62,812 nt of DNA, taken from the NCBI GenBank assembly GCA_015523445.1, contig WAKG01000085.1, positions 1 to 62,812 of the forward strand, in the 5' to 3' direction. Made by a program: the position numbers and the translations under genes. Of the stretch, positions 1 through 9,738 are shown piece after piece; position 1 is the stretch's first letter, and each line of letters begins with the position of its first letter. The stretch comes from Desulfurococcales archaeon (GTDB lineage: Archaea; Thermoproteota; Thermoprotei_A; Sulfolobales; Acidilobaceae). Below the pieces are notes generated by a model. That model saw nothing but the letters and a program-made list of their open reading frames with translations. It did not search any database and was not told where the DNA came from.

Positions 1-677
1 CCCCCAACCAGTATGATGGGTAGCCCCGTCTCCCTGCTCCTCACTGATAGAAACTCCACAACCGGATCTAGCTCCATTGTAAGTATCCTCCCGTCATGGT
101 AGTTCGCCATCCTGAAGTAGTCTGACTCGTATGGGAGCATGAACCCTATGATAATGTTTGAGCCCCGGGCCTGCATTACCCGGAATATCTCGGGATGCGT
201 CAGGTCTTCATCTATGTATACGCCCACCAGGCCCCTCCCCCTTATATTAAATACCTCAACACTGCGCCCGGGGCTAAGACCAGCCTCCACTTCCTTGCGT
301 GTCAACGTGATCTTCCTATACTTCCCCTCTATGGATCCGTCTGGGGCTATGTGGAGTATGGTTGAGTATAGCTTCGGCCCAGCCCTCTCCAGTATCGGGC
401 CAGCTATAATGTTGATTCCATAATCCTCGCTCCACTTGGATATTGTGACTATGCTCTGCCCCAGCGCGGTGCCCTTGCTACTAATCCTCTCGGCCATATT
501 CTTCATAGCCTGCCTCGTCCTGCTGGGCGGATAGTATCCTATTAGGGGGCCAGTGATGGGGTAGGCTGGAAGGATTACCAAGTCTATGTCGCTCCAGTTA
601 TCCATTATGTTGCCCAGCTCTAGGCCGATCCTCCTCAGGTTACCCCTCTTCGCCCCGATCTTAACCTTGGAGTGCAT
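1..677 (-). CDS. Carbon-nitrogen hydrolase (nitrilase superfamily)-like protein; 3' end runs off the window
   Basis: Not in the ORF track because there is no stop inside the window. My translation of the minus strand from ATG 677-675 reads MHSKVKIGAKRGNLRRIGLELGNIMDNWSDIDLVILPAYPITG...IIAGPILERAGPKLYSTILHIAPDGSIEGKYRKITL...GLVGVYIDEDLTHPEIFRVMQARGSNIII. The block order matches CN-hydrolase motifs (DLVVFPE / YRKxHL / GxxICYDxxFPE). The start overlaps the rgy stop by 17 nt. Confidence 0.6.
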   Translation of the reverse strand, partial: MHSKVKIGAKRGNLRRIGLELGNIMDNWSDIDLVILPAYPITGPLIGYYPPSRTRQAMKNMAERISSKGTALGQSIVTISKWSEDYGINIIAGPILERAGPKLYSTILHIAPDGSIEGKYRKITLTRKEVEAGLSPGRSVEVFNIRGRGLVGVYIDEDLTHPEIFRVMQARGSNIIIGFMLPYESDYFRMANYHDGRILTMELDPVVEFLSVRSRETGLPIILVG

Positions 678-3600
678 CACCGCTATCTTCAGGCTCAACC
701 TCTCCACCCGTCCCTACTATCACGTAGGCTCTGCGGATGCAGGCTGAGATCGGGGAAGTATCCGCCCCCCTCATAGCCTTATGGATGGCGTCATTTATAG
801 GCTGTGCTAGCCCCCGGATCTCATTATAGATATCGTCAAGCACGTCCCTCCTGCTACGCTTACCCTCCTCGATCTCCCTCATATACTCCTCTAGCCTCCT
901 CGTCCTCTCCTCCGATACCAGCCTGGGTATACCCTCGAGGTATCTCCGATCTATCCAGTCGGAGAGCCCGTCCTCCACCATAGCTATGTGGCCTGTGAGG
1001 TAGTGGTAGACGTGTTCGCCCCTGATAGTCGAGACCACGTAGTCCTCCCTAGCCCTGGGAGGCCTCACTATATACCTCCTCTTCAGCAGGGTATCCACTA
1101 TCTTAGCATAGGTACTAGGCCTCCCTATCCCCCTCTCCTTCATAACCTGTATAACCTCTCCCTGAGTGTAGGGCTGCACCCTAGATATCCTCAGCCTCTC
1201 CACCAGAACCTCTACATCCCTAGCATCTCCAGCCACCATCTGCTCTCTCAGGTAGGGCCAGACTAGTGCGAAGCCCCTGGAGGCCGGGTCCCCCTCCCTA
1301 CCTATACCGGAAATAACGTCCACATCAATAGCTACCTCGGCCTCAATTATGGCTACCCTGTACCTTGCCCTAGTAACCAGGGCCTCCCTCATCTGGCTGG
1401 CCATGAACCTCCTGAAGACTAGGTCGTAGAGCCTGAGATGCCTTAGCGTCAGCTCCCCGGCGAGCTCGATGGCCCCCTCCTCCACTAAGAGCCTAAGGGT
1501 ATCAGCATCTACCGGCCTCACCGGCCTTATAGCCTCGTGGGCTCCACCCTCCCCCCATGTCCTAGGCTTGAATAGGGCTAGAGCAAGGTCCTTGTACTTG
1601 TCCTCTAGCCACTGCCTGGCTACTTGTATCCCCCTATCGCTCACTCTGGTCGAGTCTGTCCTGTGGTACGTGATCAGTCCCCACTCGAAGAGGTCCTGGG
1701 CCAGCCTCATAGTCTCCGGGGCTCCTAGCCTGAGGTACCTGCTGGCATCAGCTATCAGGGCATCCGTAGAGTATGGTGGGGGCGGCTTGACCTCTTCATC
1801 CCGCTCATCCACCTTTTCTAGATTTACATGTAGTCTTACCTGCTTCTTCCCTCTGAATATACTAGCTAGCTCCCTTGCCTGCTTGGGGTCGATCTGGTCC
1901 TCCCTGAAGTATATCCGGAGGCCGTTGACCTCAAGCCTGTACGCGTTTATCCTCTCCTTCGCCTGCTTCGTCCTCTCAACTATCCAGCCTAGTGTTGGCG
2001 TCTGCACCCTGCCGGCGCTTAGGTTGTAATAGTACCTTCTGGCCCTGCACCTCTCGAGTTCATACTTGATGAATCTTCCCCCGGATTCGTCTCGGGATAT
2101 GGATAGTGTGGGGCAGTAGTAGCTGGGCCAGAAGTGGCACCATAGCAGGGGTGAGAGGGAGAACCCGATCCAGCGGTCCTCTACTCTCCTCACGATCTGT
2201 GCGTCAACTAGCCTTTGGTCGAAGTCTCTCAGGTTGGATAGCGCTGCCAGTATTGCCTTCCTAGTAACCTCATGGAACTCCAGCCTGGCTAAGGACCTGC
2301 TGTATGGTTTGAGGAGCACCGCTGTATCCCAACCTATCTTCTCTCCCTCGGTATCGGGATCGGTGCCAACTAGTACCATGTCTACCTCCCATGCTAGCCT
2401 CCTCAGGTCCTCAACCACGCTCCTCGTATCCCTGATCCTCCTGCTACCACATACAGGGCATGTGTCACGGTCTGCAGTGAACTGGTGGCCGCAGTCCATG
2501 CACCTCTTGATGCTGGTGTAGACCGGCAGGTACTCTCTGCCGTCCTCATTATTGAGGAGCATGACGCCGAAAATCCCGGCCTCAACCCTGCTAGTGGCTT
2601 GGGGCGGTATATCTTCCTCCCCGTGGCTTGGGGCTAGGTCGTAGATGTGGCCCCCGCTGGCGGTTATCGTCAGTATGTAGCCCCCGGTGGCCACCTCGTA
2701 GGCTCTAACACCGCTGGGAAGGAGCCTTATGCTTGGCTGCCCAAAGAAGCCTGCTATTGTCCTTGCCTTGTTGGGAGATTCCACTACTAGTAGGGCGGTC
2801 TTCACCAGGTCGCCTAGCCCGGGGCCTCCCTCCCTGAGTATCTTCCTGACCCTCTTGCGGTCCTCCTCTATCTCCTCTATTACCATGTCTAGGTCTAGGT
2901 CTTCCAGCTTCCTCCACTCGGTCTCCACCATAAGCCTGGTCCTCCTTACCAGGCCGTTAAACACCCTCTCATCATCCACGACAACAATGCTTAGGCCGAG
3001 CGTTATGCCCCCAGCGTAGAGCCTGCTCGTCCTACCACTGGCCTGTATATAGGTGGCGGGATCGGCGATCAGCATATACCTCCTACCATCCTCCACCACA
3101 ACTCCTATATCCCTCCTGGCCGCGAGGTGTTCCCAAACCTCGTCATCGCTTAGTGCCTGGCGTAGGAAGTTGTATGCCTCAGCAACTATCCTGGTTGGGC
3201 TGCCTGGCCCCTCAACGTCGCCCTCCATAACCTTCTCCGCTATGTAGTGAAGGGCTGCTGGGGACAGCCTCCGTGTGAGCTTCCTCACAGCTGAGAGGTG
3301 CCTCCTGGCCTCCTCAGCCAAGTCTAGCCTCGTCTCCGCTAGAACTGACAATAGCCTTATGAGCCTCGTCGGGTGGGGCTCCCCTACGTCTGCCGGGAAC
3401 TTGTGCCTGGGCGGCCCCGCAAACACGGCGTACTTGATCCTCTCAGGGTAATCAAGCCCCCTGACCAGGGTGCCATAGTAGTTGGCCACTCCGACAAGGG
3501 CGTCTAGGTCCCCGCTTAGGAAGGACTCAAGGACCTTAACAGGCTTCTTGGAGTGATACGCCTCCGCCCTAACTCCGGCCTCCCTTAGGAGGCCTGCAAG

Positions 3601-4734
3601 CCTCTCAGCCCCCTCAACGCCCCAGTCTATGGGGACGAAGACCAGCACACCGCTACCCAGCTTCTTGACTATGCCAACAACCTCCTCCTCTACACTGCCA
3701 CGGGGTATGGTATAGGAGTCTATAACCCTTCTCAGCCCTACATCACTCCTACCGCCAGCCTCGAAGCCGAGGAGAACCCTAAAAAGGCGGACCCTCTGCC
3801 CTCGGGGCCTTCCGGTGGCGCTACTAACAATCAGGCTAGCCGCTCTAGACCTAGACTCGTCTAGCCTTGCCCTGAGCTTAGAGAGCTCCTCCTCAACCCT
3901 CCTCAGCCTTGCCCTGAGCCCCTCATACTCCCTTCCAGCCTGCCTCGCTGCCTGGATCCTCCTGGCTATCGTTGCTGCTTCCCTCTGGAGGCGTAGCATC
4001 CTCATGCCTGCCTCAAGGTCCTCCTGCGTGAAGCCTGTTATCGATAGTATGGTGTCAACGCTCCTGCTACTCCTCAACACTGCATCAACGTCATCCACGA
4101 AGACGAGCCTGTAGCGGTGTCTCGACACTGCCTCCAGGTTTTTCCTGGCGAAGGCTGCGGTGGTTACGAGTACATGGAAGCTGCCGGAGTGTAGGGATTC
4201 CAGAGCCTCCTCTCTGGCCTTGCGGGACATCTTGCTGTGGAACCCGAGGATCCTTGGGGTGCAGGGGGCTGCTTGGGATAGCTTATCCAGCTTGGCTAGT
4301 ACTTGGAGGACTAGGGTTGTGGTTGGTAGTATTATGTAGCTCTTCTCGCCCCTACAGGCTAGGTATATTGCAGAGACTATCCCGAAAGTGGTTTTACCGG
4401 TGCCTGTTGGAGATATGATTGAGAAGCTGTCCCTCCTAGCCAGCCTCCTGATCCACGTCCTCTGGGCGCCCCATGGCGTGGAGCCTAGGAGCCTAGAGAA
4501 AAAATTGATCAGCTCTCGAGCCTCATGTTCCAGCTGGTATATATCCTTGTAGCCCTTTAGCCTGCCAAGCTTTCTGAGTGCCCTGTACACCTCATCCATG
4601 CCGCCACTAGGCTCCATACCTGGTGGTATACACCTCTCGCAGACCCCTAGGCTAGTTAGCCTAGCCTCGCTGGTGGCCCCCCCGCAGTTAGGGCATGAGT
4701 GCCTGTATACCCCTCTCCCTAGCGCTGCAGACAT
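661..4734 (-). CDS. rgy: Reverse gyrase (helicase-like domain fused to type IA topoisomerase)
   Basis: 1357-aa ORF. N-terminal Zn finger CPNCGG...CERC, Walker A SPTGTGKTT, DEAD-like VFVDDVD, then TOPRIM ESPNKARTIAGFFG and topo IA blocks (ITYHRTDSTRVS), with an internal Zn ribbon CMDCGH...CPVCG. Confidence 0.95.
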   Translation of the reverse strand: MSAALGRGVYRHSCPNCGGATSEARLTSLGVCERCIPPGMEPSGGMDEVYRALRKLGRLKGYKDIYQLEHEARELINFFSRLLGSTPWGAQRTWIRRLARRDSFSIISPTGTGKTTFGIVSAIYLACRGEKSYIILPTTTLVLQVLAKLDKLSQAAPCTPRILGFHSKMSRKAREEALESLHSGSFHVLVTTAAFARKNLEAVSRHRYRLVFVDDVDAVLRSSRSVDTILSITGFTQEDLEAGMRMLRLQREAATIARRIQAARQAGREYEGLRARLRRVEEELSKLRARLDESRSRAASLIVSSATGRPRGQRVRLFRVLLGFEAGGRSDVGLRRVIDSYTIPRGSVEEEVVGIVKKLGSGVLVFVPIDWGVEGAERLAGLLREAGVRAEAYHSKKPVKVLESFLSGDLDALVGVANYYGTLVRGLDYPERIKYAVFAGPPRHKFPADVGEPHPTRLIRLLSVLAETRLDLAEEARRHLSAVRKLTRRLSPAALHYIAEKVMEGDVEGPGSPTRIVAEAYNFLRQALSDDEVWEHLAARRDIGVVVEDGRRYMLIADPATYIQASGRTSRLYAGGITLGLSIVVVDDERVFNGLVRRTRLMVETEWRKLEDLDLDMVIEEIEEDRKRVRKILREGGPGLGDLVKTALLVVESPNKARTIAGFFGQPSIRLLPSGVRAYEVATGGYILTITASGGHIYDLAPSHGEEDIPPQATSRVEAGIFGVMLLNNEDGREYLPVYTSIKRCMDCGHQFTADRDTCPVCGSRRIRDTRSVVEDLRRLAWEVDMVLVGTDPDTEGEKIGWDTAVLLKPYSRSLARLEFHEVTRKAILAALSNLRDFDQRLVDAQIVRRVEDRWIGFSLSPLLWCHFWPSYYCPTLSISRDESGGRFIKYELERCRARRYYYNLSAGRVQTPTLGWIVERTKQAKERINAYRLEVNGLRIYFREDQIDPKQARELASIFRGKKQVRLHVNLEKVDERDEEVKPPPPYSTDALIADASRYLRLGAPETMRLAQDLFEWGLITYHRTDSTRVSDRGIQVARQWLEDKYKDLALALFKPRTWGEGGAHEAIRPVRPVDADTLRLLVEEGAIELAGELTLRHLRLYDLVFRRFMASQMREALVTRARYRVAIIEAEVAIDVDVISGIGREGDPASRGFALVWPYLREQMVAGDARDVEVLVERLRISRVQPYTQGEVIQVMKERGIGRPSTYAKIVDTLLKRRYIVRPPRAREDYVVSTIRGEHVYHYLTGHIAMVEDGLSDWIDRRYLEGIPRLVSEERTRRLEEYMREIEEGKRSRRDVLDDIYNEIRGLAQPINDAIHKAMRGADTSPISACIRRAYVIVGTGGEVEPEDSGDALQG

Positions 4735-5095
4735 ATTCGTCTCCTCACAACGCGGCCCGGCAGGCGAGGCACGTGTCGGCGCCTATTTATTATTATCTTA
4801 TACATGTATCGGGTTATATTTCCTCGGCAACCCGGCTAGCTACGTCTATAGTCTAATAGGTATATGGCAAAGCAATATATATGCTCGTCACTAGTGTAAA
4901 TATGGAGGGGGTGAGCGGGATGGAAAATGTAATACAGCTCGTGGGAGGCAGGCTCTCCTTCAAGGAGACCCTACAGGACAGGGTCGAGTACGAGTGGTAT
5001 CTGGCCCAGCAGGTTGGCCTGGGCAGCTAGCCTGACTAGTATCGGCAACCTATATATAAACCCGGCATGTACGGCTGCCTTCTAGGAATCAGAGG

Positions 5096-6241
5096 GTGGA
5101 TAGGAGAGGCACTCTAGCAGAGATACTCATGCTAGGCCTACCAGCCTATACATACTTCTACACAGTAGGCAGTGTAGGCTTCTGGCTTCCCCTATACGCC
5201 AAGGAACTTGGATGGAGCTACACGATCATAACACTACTGGCAACTGTATACTTCCTAGCAATAACTCCAAGCAACATACTGTCAGGGATACTTGCAGATG
5301 CCACTGGCAAGCCCTCCACTATACTAGCCATGGGCATGACCCTAAACGCAGCTGCAACTGCAGCAATGCCATACACCAGGGAGCCCGGGCTACTGATGGC
5401 TTTAAGGGTCATCCAGGGCCTCGGCCTCGCCACCAGCCTGCCAATGGCTCTGGGAAGCCTCTCGCTAGCCCACGGCATAACAAGGGGAGTCGGCGTCACC
5501 GTGGTTATGCAGGGACTCGGGATGGCCACGGGCTCCCTAGCAGGCGGGATATTGGTTGAGAGGCTGGGCTACGAGGGCCTATTCCACAGCGCCGCACTAC
5601 TAAGCCTACTATCAGCAATGCTAGCGTTAAGGTGGAGGATCGAGAAGCCACCGCAAGGAGCTGGAGTGCTCAGAGGACTTAGGAGGCTCCCACTCCCAGT
5701 CATAGTCGTGGCATCTGCACTGGCGGCTAGGAACATCTTCGCCTCAGGCGTATTCTCGATACTGACAATATTCTTCAATATGAGGATAGGGCTCAGCCTC
5801 GCAACTACCGGGGTGGCGCTGGCGCTAAACCCGATTATGCAGATGATAGCGGGGCTAACAGCACCCAGGCTTGTGACAGGAAGGGAGGTCCTAGCATACT
5901 CCACTGGCCTAGCCTCTACTAGCGTTGTATTCGCTATATACCTATACTCCACGGGACCCATGGAGGTATACGCCGCTCAGGCTCTCCTAGGCCTCCTATT
6001 CGGCGTGGCCTCTGTGGCGGGAAACATATATATTATAAGTAGGAGCCCCAGCGAGCTGAGATACACAGCGTCAAGCCTATTCTCGTTTGCATTCAACCTA
6101 GGCTGGATTCTGGGCACAACAGTGGCAGGGCCAGTTATGGATGCTTACGGGCCTGAGGCGTGGATAAAGGCGTCCATACCCGGGACCCTTATAGCGGGGG
6201 CCTCGGCCCTAGCCGCCCTCAAGCTAGAGGATAGAGGCTAG
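5096..6241 (+). CDS. Major facilitator superfamily (MFS) transporter
   Basis: 381-aa polytopic hydrophobic ORF with about 10-12 predicted TM segments. The loop motif GILADATGKP resembles the MFS D-R/K-x-G-R-K loop. GTG start. Confidence 0.7.
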   Translation: MDRRGTLAEILMLGLPAYTYFYTVGSVGFWLPLYAKELGWSYTIITLLATVYFLAITPSNILSGILADATGKPSTILAMGMTLNAAATAAMPYTREPGLLMALRVIQGLGLATSLPMALGSLSLAHGITRGVGVTVVMQGLGMATGSLAGGILVERLGYEGLFHSAALLSLLSAMLALRWRIEKPPQGAGVLRGLRRLPLPVIVVASALAARNIFASGVFSILTIFFNMRIGLSLATTGVALALNPIMQMIAGLTAPRLVTGREVLAYSTGLASTSVVFAIYLYSTGPMEVYAAQALLGLLFGVASVAGNIYIISRSPSELRYTASSLFSFAFNLGWILGTTVAGPVMDAYGPEAWIKASIPGTLIAGASALAALKLEDRG

Positions 6242-7134
6242 TGCCTGTTGTTGGATGCACGATAGTATGGTACTTGAGGTCTTGGTATGAACTCTACGCC
6301 AGGCCTCTGCTGGAGGGCTTGTGGGTATAGCTCCATGAGCTGGTAGACCTCTGGGGGCACCTCGGTGCTGACCGGGAGGCCCAGCTTCTTGGCCTCCTCA
6401 ACGGTTATAGGATAGTCATGCGTATAGTAGCCGCTGGTCAGCTTATCAGCAACAATCCTAGCCTTATCCTCCCCCATCTTATCCCTTAGTAGCTCGACTA
6501 TAAGCTCCTGCATCTCTCTTAGCGCCTTCTCGGCGACATCTGCATAGATTAGGGTTTCATCACTCGCCTTATCACCCTTCTCCCTAGCCACTTTGACTAG
6601 GCTGGGTGCTGGGAATGATCCTTTCGGTGTCTGAAGCTGAGGGTCTAGGGGGCCTAGGACCGCTGCAGGGTCCATGCGTATCTCATCCGCTGCCAATGCT
6701 ATCAGCGTGCCCCCGCTCATGGCGTAGTGTGGCACGATCACGATCTTCCTGCCCTCGTGCTTCTTAAGCGCACGTGCTATCTGAGATGCTGCCAGGACGA
6801 GGCCTCCGGGTGTGTGTAGAATGAGCGCTATAGTCTGCCCCTTTGGGGTGGTCCTTATCGCCCTTATCACAGCCTCCGAGTCTTCTATGTCGATGAACCT
6901 ATAGACTGGGACGCCGAGGAATCCTATCCTCTCCTGCCTGTGAATCATGGTGACTACACGCCACTTGTACCTATCCTCGATCATCTTGATCAACTTGAGC
7001 CTTGCAGACTGTAGACCTCTCATCTGTAGCTGGGGGTACATGATCATGTATAGGAATAGGAGCCAGAATAGCAGGCTTACAATGTCAAAACCCGGTACAT
7101 TCTCCATTAGATCCACCTCTATATCCTCATGCAT
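6238..7134 (-). CDS. Membrane-anchored ClpP-fold serine protease (S49 / SDH 'serine dehydrogenase proteinase' family, DUF114-like)
   Basis: N-terminal TM helix (IVSLLFWLLFLYMIMY), then ALILHTPGGLVLAASQIARALKKH...VIVPHYAMSGGTLIALAADEIRM, which is the typical SppA/SDH catalytic-serine region. Confidence 0.75.
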   Translation of the reverse strand: MHEDIEVDLMENVPGFDIVSLLFWLLFLYMIMYPQLQMRGLQSARLKLIKMIEDRYKWRVVTMIHRQERIGFLGVPVYRFIDIEDSEAVIRAIRTTPKGQTIALILHTPGGLVLAASQIARALKKHEGRKIVIVPHYAMSGGTLIALAADEIRMDPAAVLGPLDPQLQTPKGSFPAPSLVKVAREKGDKASDETLIYADVAEKALREMQELIVELLRDKMGEDKARIVADKLTSGYYTHDYPITVEEAKKLGLPVSTEVPPEVYQLMELYPQALQQRPGVEFIPRPQVPYYRASNNRH

Positions 7135-7240
7135 CGATTAAGCATTTTATACTTATTGTTGAGCTCAAGCATCTAGGCTAACAGGTAAATATTGAATATT
7201 CAAACTAATTTGTTATGGTTTATGAGTATAGGGGGCCGGT

Positions 7241-7906
7241 CTAGGGTTTTTCTTTGACCCTTATATCGTCGGGCTCGATTAGCCTAGCCCTGCCGCTAGC
7301 CTCATGCCTCTTCTTGAGCCTCCTCTCCTTAGCCTTCTTCTTCCACTTATACTTATGGGTGCCCTTCAGCCCCCTACTCTTCCTGAGGCCCCTCATCTTC
7401 TTCCCAGCGCTTGTGAGGCCCCTGAACGGCCTCCCCTTGTGCTTGCCCGAGGCCACCCAGCCCAGCTCCGGATCGCTCCTTATGGCAGGATGATGGGGAT
7501 CCACTAGTATGACCTCGTACCACTTATACTTGCCATCCTCACCCACATAGTAGCTGTTCAGGACGACCAGGTTAGGGTACTTCCTCTGCGCCCTCTCCTC
7601 GGCTATCAGCCTTATACTTTTGGCAGGGGCGAAGCCGTATACACCCATCCTCTTCGGCCTCCTGCCCTTGTTGGGCCTAGGCTTCCTCCTTCCACCCTTC
7701 CTAACCCTAACCCGGGCCACTATGACGCCCTGCTTAGCCTTGTACCCCAGCGCTCTGGCCCTATCAAGCCGGGTTGGCTTCTCCACCCTGACTATCGCTG
7801 GCTGCCTCCTCCACGCCATCAGCCTCTGCTTCATGACTAGGCCATGCTCCCCATCGTAGGGCCTCCTCCAGGCCTGCGCTATATAGTGGTACATCGACTG
7901 AGCCAT
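7241..7906 (-). CDS. rpl15e: 50S ribosomal protein L15e
   Basis: [12 protein letters not shown]...[51 protein letters not shown]...[24 protein letters not shown] is a diagnostic L15e sequence. There is a lysine-rich C-terminal tail. Confidence 0.95.
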   Translation of the reverse strand: MAQSMYHYIAQAWRRPYDGEHGLVMKQRLMAWRRQPAIVRVEKPTRLDRARALGYKAKQGVIVARVRVRKGGRRKPRPNKGRRPKRMGVYGFAPAKSIRLIAEERAQRKYPNLVVLNSYYVGEDGKYKWYEVILVDPHHPAIRSDPELGWVASGKHKGRPFRGLTSAGKKMRGLRKSRGLKGTHKYKWKKKAKERRLKKRHEASGRARLIEPDDIRVKEKP

Positions 7907-7985
7907 GCCGTGGCACCCTCTAGCCTAATCCGAGTCCAGCGGGTACCCTGGCCTTATAGAGGCTAATAAACGTGACCTGGCAGGC

Positions 7986-9233
7986 ATGGTAAAAAGCGGG
8001 GCTAGAGGGATGGTTGAGGCATCCAACATACTTATCGGAGTCGTCGGCAAGACCAACGTAGGAAAGTCAACGTTCTTCTCAGCCGCCACGGAGGTGCCGG
8101 TGGAGATCGATAACAGGCCCTTCGTCACGATAGAGCCCAACGTAGGCGTGGCTTATGCAAGGAGCAGGTGCCCCCACATAGAGCTCGGCCTCCCCAGGTG
8201 TGATGCCAGGAATAGCGTGTGCATTGAGGGGTGGAGGATGATACCCGTCAGGATGATGGATGTTGCAGGCCTAGTTCCGGGTGCACATGAGGGTAGGGGG
8301 TTAGGGAACCAGTTCCTAGACCACCTCAGGAGGGCCGACGTGCTACTCCTAGTGGTGGATGCCAGCGGCTCTACGGGCCCTGAGGGAGTCCCCGCCAAGC
8401 CGGGGACCTTCGATCCAGTGGAGGAGGCAGAGTCCATGATCAGGGAGATCGATGAGTGGATGTACAGGATCATTAGCAGGGACTGGAGTAGATTCGCCAA
8501 GCAGATAGACACTGGCGGAGTTATCGATGTGCCCGGGGCTCTAGCCCAGAGGCTCTCCGGGCTAAGTATAAGGAAGAGCCACGTAATAGAGGCATTGGAG
8601 GCGACAGGCCTCATGGACAAGAAGCTTTCTACCTGGAGCAGCGAGGAGCTGAGGAGGTTCATAGTGGAGCTGAGGAGCAGGGCAAAGCCCATAGTCATAG
8701 TGGCGAATAAGGCTGACGTGCCAGCGGCTGAGGAGGGGGTTAAGAGGCTCAGGGAGAGGTTCGGCGATTCAGTGGTGCCCGCCAGCGCCTTGGCAGAGCT
8801 GCTGCTCAAGAGGCTAGCCAAGAAGGGTGTGGTGAGGTACATACCAGGAGATCCCGAATTCCAGATCCTAGACGGGTCCAAGATTGATCAGAAGACGAGG
8901 AGGCTCCTAGAGGGGGTTAGGGACTTGGTCCTCTCGAGGCTGGGCGGCACGGGGGTTCAGAGGGCTATAGATAAGGCTGTATTCGAGGTTCTAGGCCTTG
9001 TGCCAGTGTACCCGGTGGATGACCCAGGGAAGTATACAGATAAGGAGGGCAGGATACTGCCCGACGTGATCCTGCTCCCCCAGGGCTCGACTCCTAGGGA
9101 CCTAGCCTACAAGATCCACACGGATCTAGGGAAGGGATTCCTCTATGCGGTAAATGCTAGGAATGGGCAGAGGGTAGGTGAGTCCTACCAGCTGAGGCCT
9201 GGGGATGTGATAAAGATAGTCTCGGCCAGGTAG
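7986..9233 (+). CDS. Obg/YchF-family GTP-binding protein with C-terminal TGS domain
   Basis: G1 GVVGKTNVGKSTFF, G3 DVAGLVPGA, G4 ANKAD. The C-terminal TGS-like region is GSTPRDLAYKIHTDLGKGFLYA...GDVIKI. Confidence 0.85.
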   Translation: MVKSGARGMVEASNILIGVVGKTNVGKSTFFSAATEVPVEIDNRPFVTIEPNVGVAYARSRCPHIELGLPRCDARNSVCIEGWRMIPVRMMDVAGLVPGAHEGRGLGNQFLDHLRRADVLLLVVDASGSTGPEGVPAKPGTFDPVEEAESMIREIDEWMYRIISRDWSRFAKQIDTGGVIDVPGALAQRLSGLSIRKSHVIEALEATGLMDKKLSTWSSEELRRFIVELRSRAKPIVIVANKADVPAAEEGVKRLRERFGDSVVPASALAELLLKRLAKKGVVRYIPGDPEFQILDGSKIDQKTRRLLEGVRDLVLSRLGGTGVQRAIDKAVFEVLGLVPVYPVDDPGKYTDKEGRILPDVILLPQGSTPRDLAYKIHTDLGKGFLYAVNARNGQRVGESYQLRPGDVIKIVSAR

Positions 9234-9237
9234 AGGG

Positions 9238-9714
9238 CTAGCCTAGGAGGCGTTTAGCCCTCTTTATAGATCCCGTAACTGCTAGGGGTATCACTAAGAC
9301 CTTCGAGCCTCCTACGCGGCGCAGTAGGCCTAGTAGGCCCAGGACTTGGTACCTGTACTCCTGGCTTACCCTAACCACTCCCCGGCCCCGCTGCTTGTCG
9401 TAGTAGACTAGGGAGACCCCTGATGAGGCTAGCCCAGTCACCCCCAGGTATTCACGTACCAGCGCTTTGATTGCCTTCTCAACCTCATCAGCGGATAGAG
9501 GCTTCTCGGATACTAGCTCCACGACTATATACCTCCTTCTAGGCCTCCTGCCCAGCTTCTTGGTGGCACGGTTTATGTCCCTGTAGGTCCTCAGGGAGGA
9601 TAGGATGGCGTGGAGCCTCTTCTTCCACCTCCTCTCCTGGATTGTGTAGACTAGTGTGATGGATGTGATGGTGGAGAGTGCTATGCTGAGGACTATGGTC
9701 TCCCAGTCGGGCAT
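9238..9714 (-). CDS. rnp2: RNase P protein component 2 (Pop5/Rpp14 family) with N-terminal hydrophobic extension
   Basis: The C-terminal ~110 aa (RRRYIVVELVSEKPLSADEVEKAIKALVREYLGVTGLA...VVRVSQEYRYQVLGLL...VTGSIKRAKR) fit Pop5. The gene sits directly downstream of psmA, as in the archaeal superoperon. No alternative ATG/GTG/TTG lies between 9714 and the Pop5 core. Confidence 0.75.
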   Translation of the reverse strand: MPDWETIVLSIALSTITSITLVYTIQERRWKKRLHAILSSLRTYRDINRATKKLGRRPRRRYIVVELVSEKPLSADEVEKAIKALVREYLGVTGLASSGVSLVYYDKQRGRGVVRVSQEYRYQVLGLLGLLRRVGGSKVLVIPLAVTGSIKRAKRLLG

Positions 9715-9738
9715 TCCAGGGGCCTCTCCCCTGCCAGC

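Noticed and set aside
139-423. Plus-strand 94-aa ORF from the track at the left edge
   Set aside because: It lies antisense to a much longer open minus-strand frame with clear CN-hydrolase-like sequence. The composition (P/S/R/L-rich) is typical of a shadow ORF in GC-rich DNA.
988-4114. Multiple plus-strand ORFs (988-1266, 1469-2029, 2234-2521, 2729-3019, 3053-3247, 3815-4114) inside the reverse gyrase gene
   Set aside because: All are antisense to a motif-rich 1357-aa reverse gyrase ORF. Their products are low-complexity S/L/P/T-rich with no motifs. The same reasoning rejects comparable antisense ORFs across the window (for example 8153-8881, 11450-12034, 12066-12611, 13355-13879, 14692-15168, 15288-15869, 35929-36408, 39530-40012, 40292-40771, 45487-45957, 49814-50305, 52135-52602, 53327-53776).
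661-4734. Possible intein or large insertion explaining the 1357-aa length of reverse gyrase
   Set aside because: No intein splice-junction or homing-endonuclease motifs are seen. The extra length appears spread over linker regions, and long reverse gyrases of this size are known in Crenarchaeota.
4902-5030. Small 42-aa ORF (MEGVSGMENVIQLVGGRLSFKETLQDRVEYEWYLAQQVGLGS) in the rgy/MFS intergenic region
   Set aside because: It has a plausible start context but no recognisable family and is very short. I cannot distinguish a real micro-protein from chance, so it is not reported as a feature.
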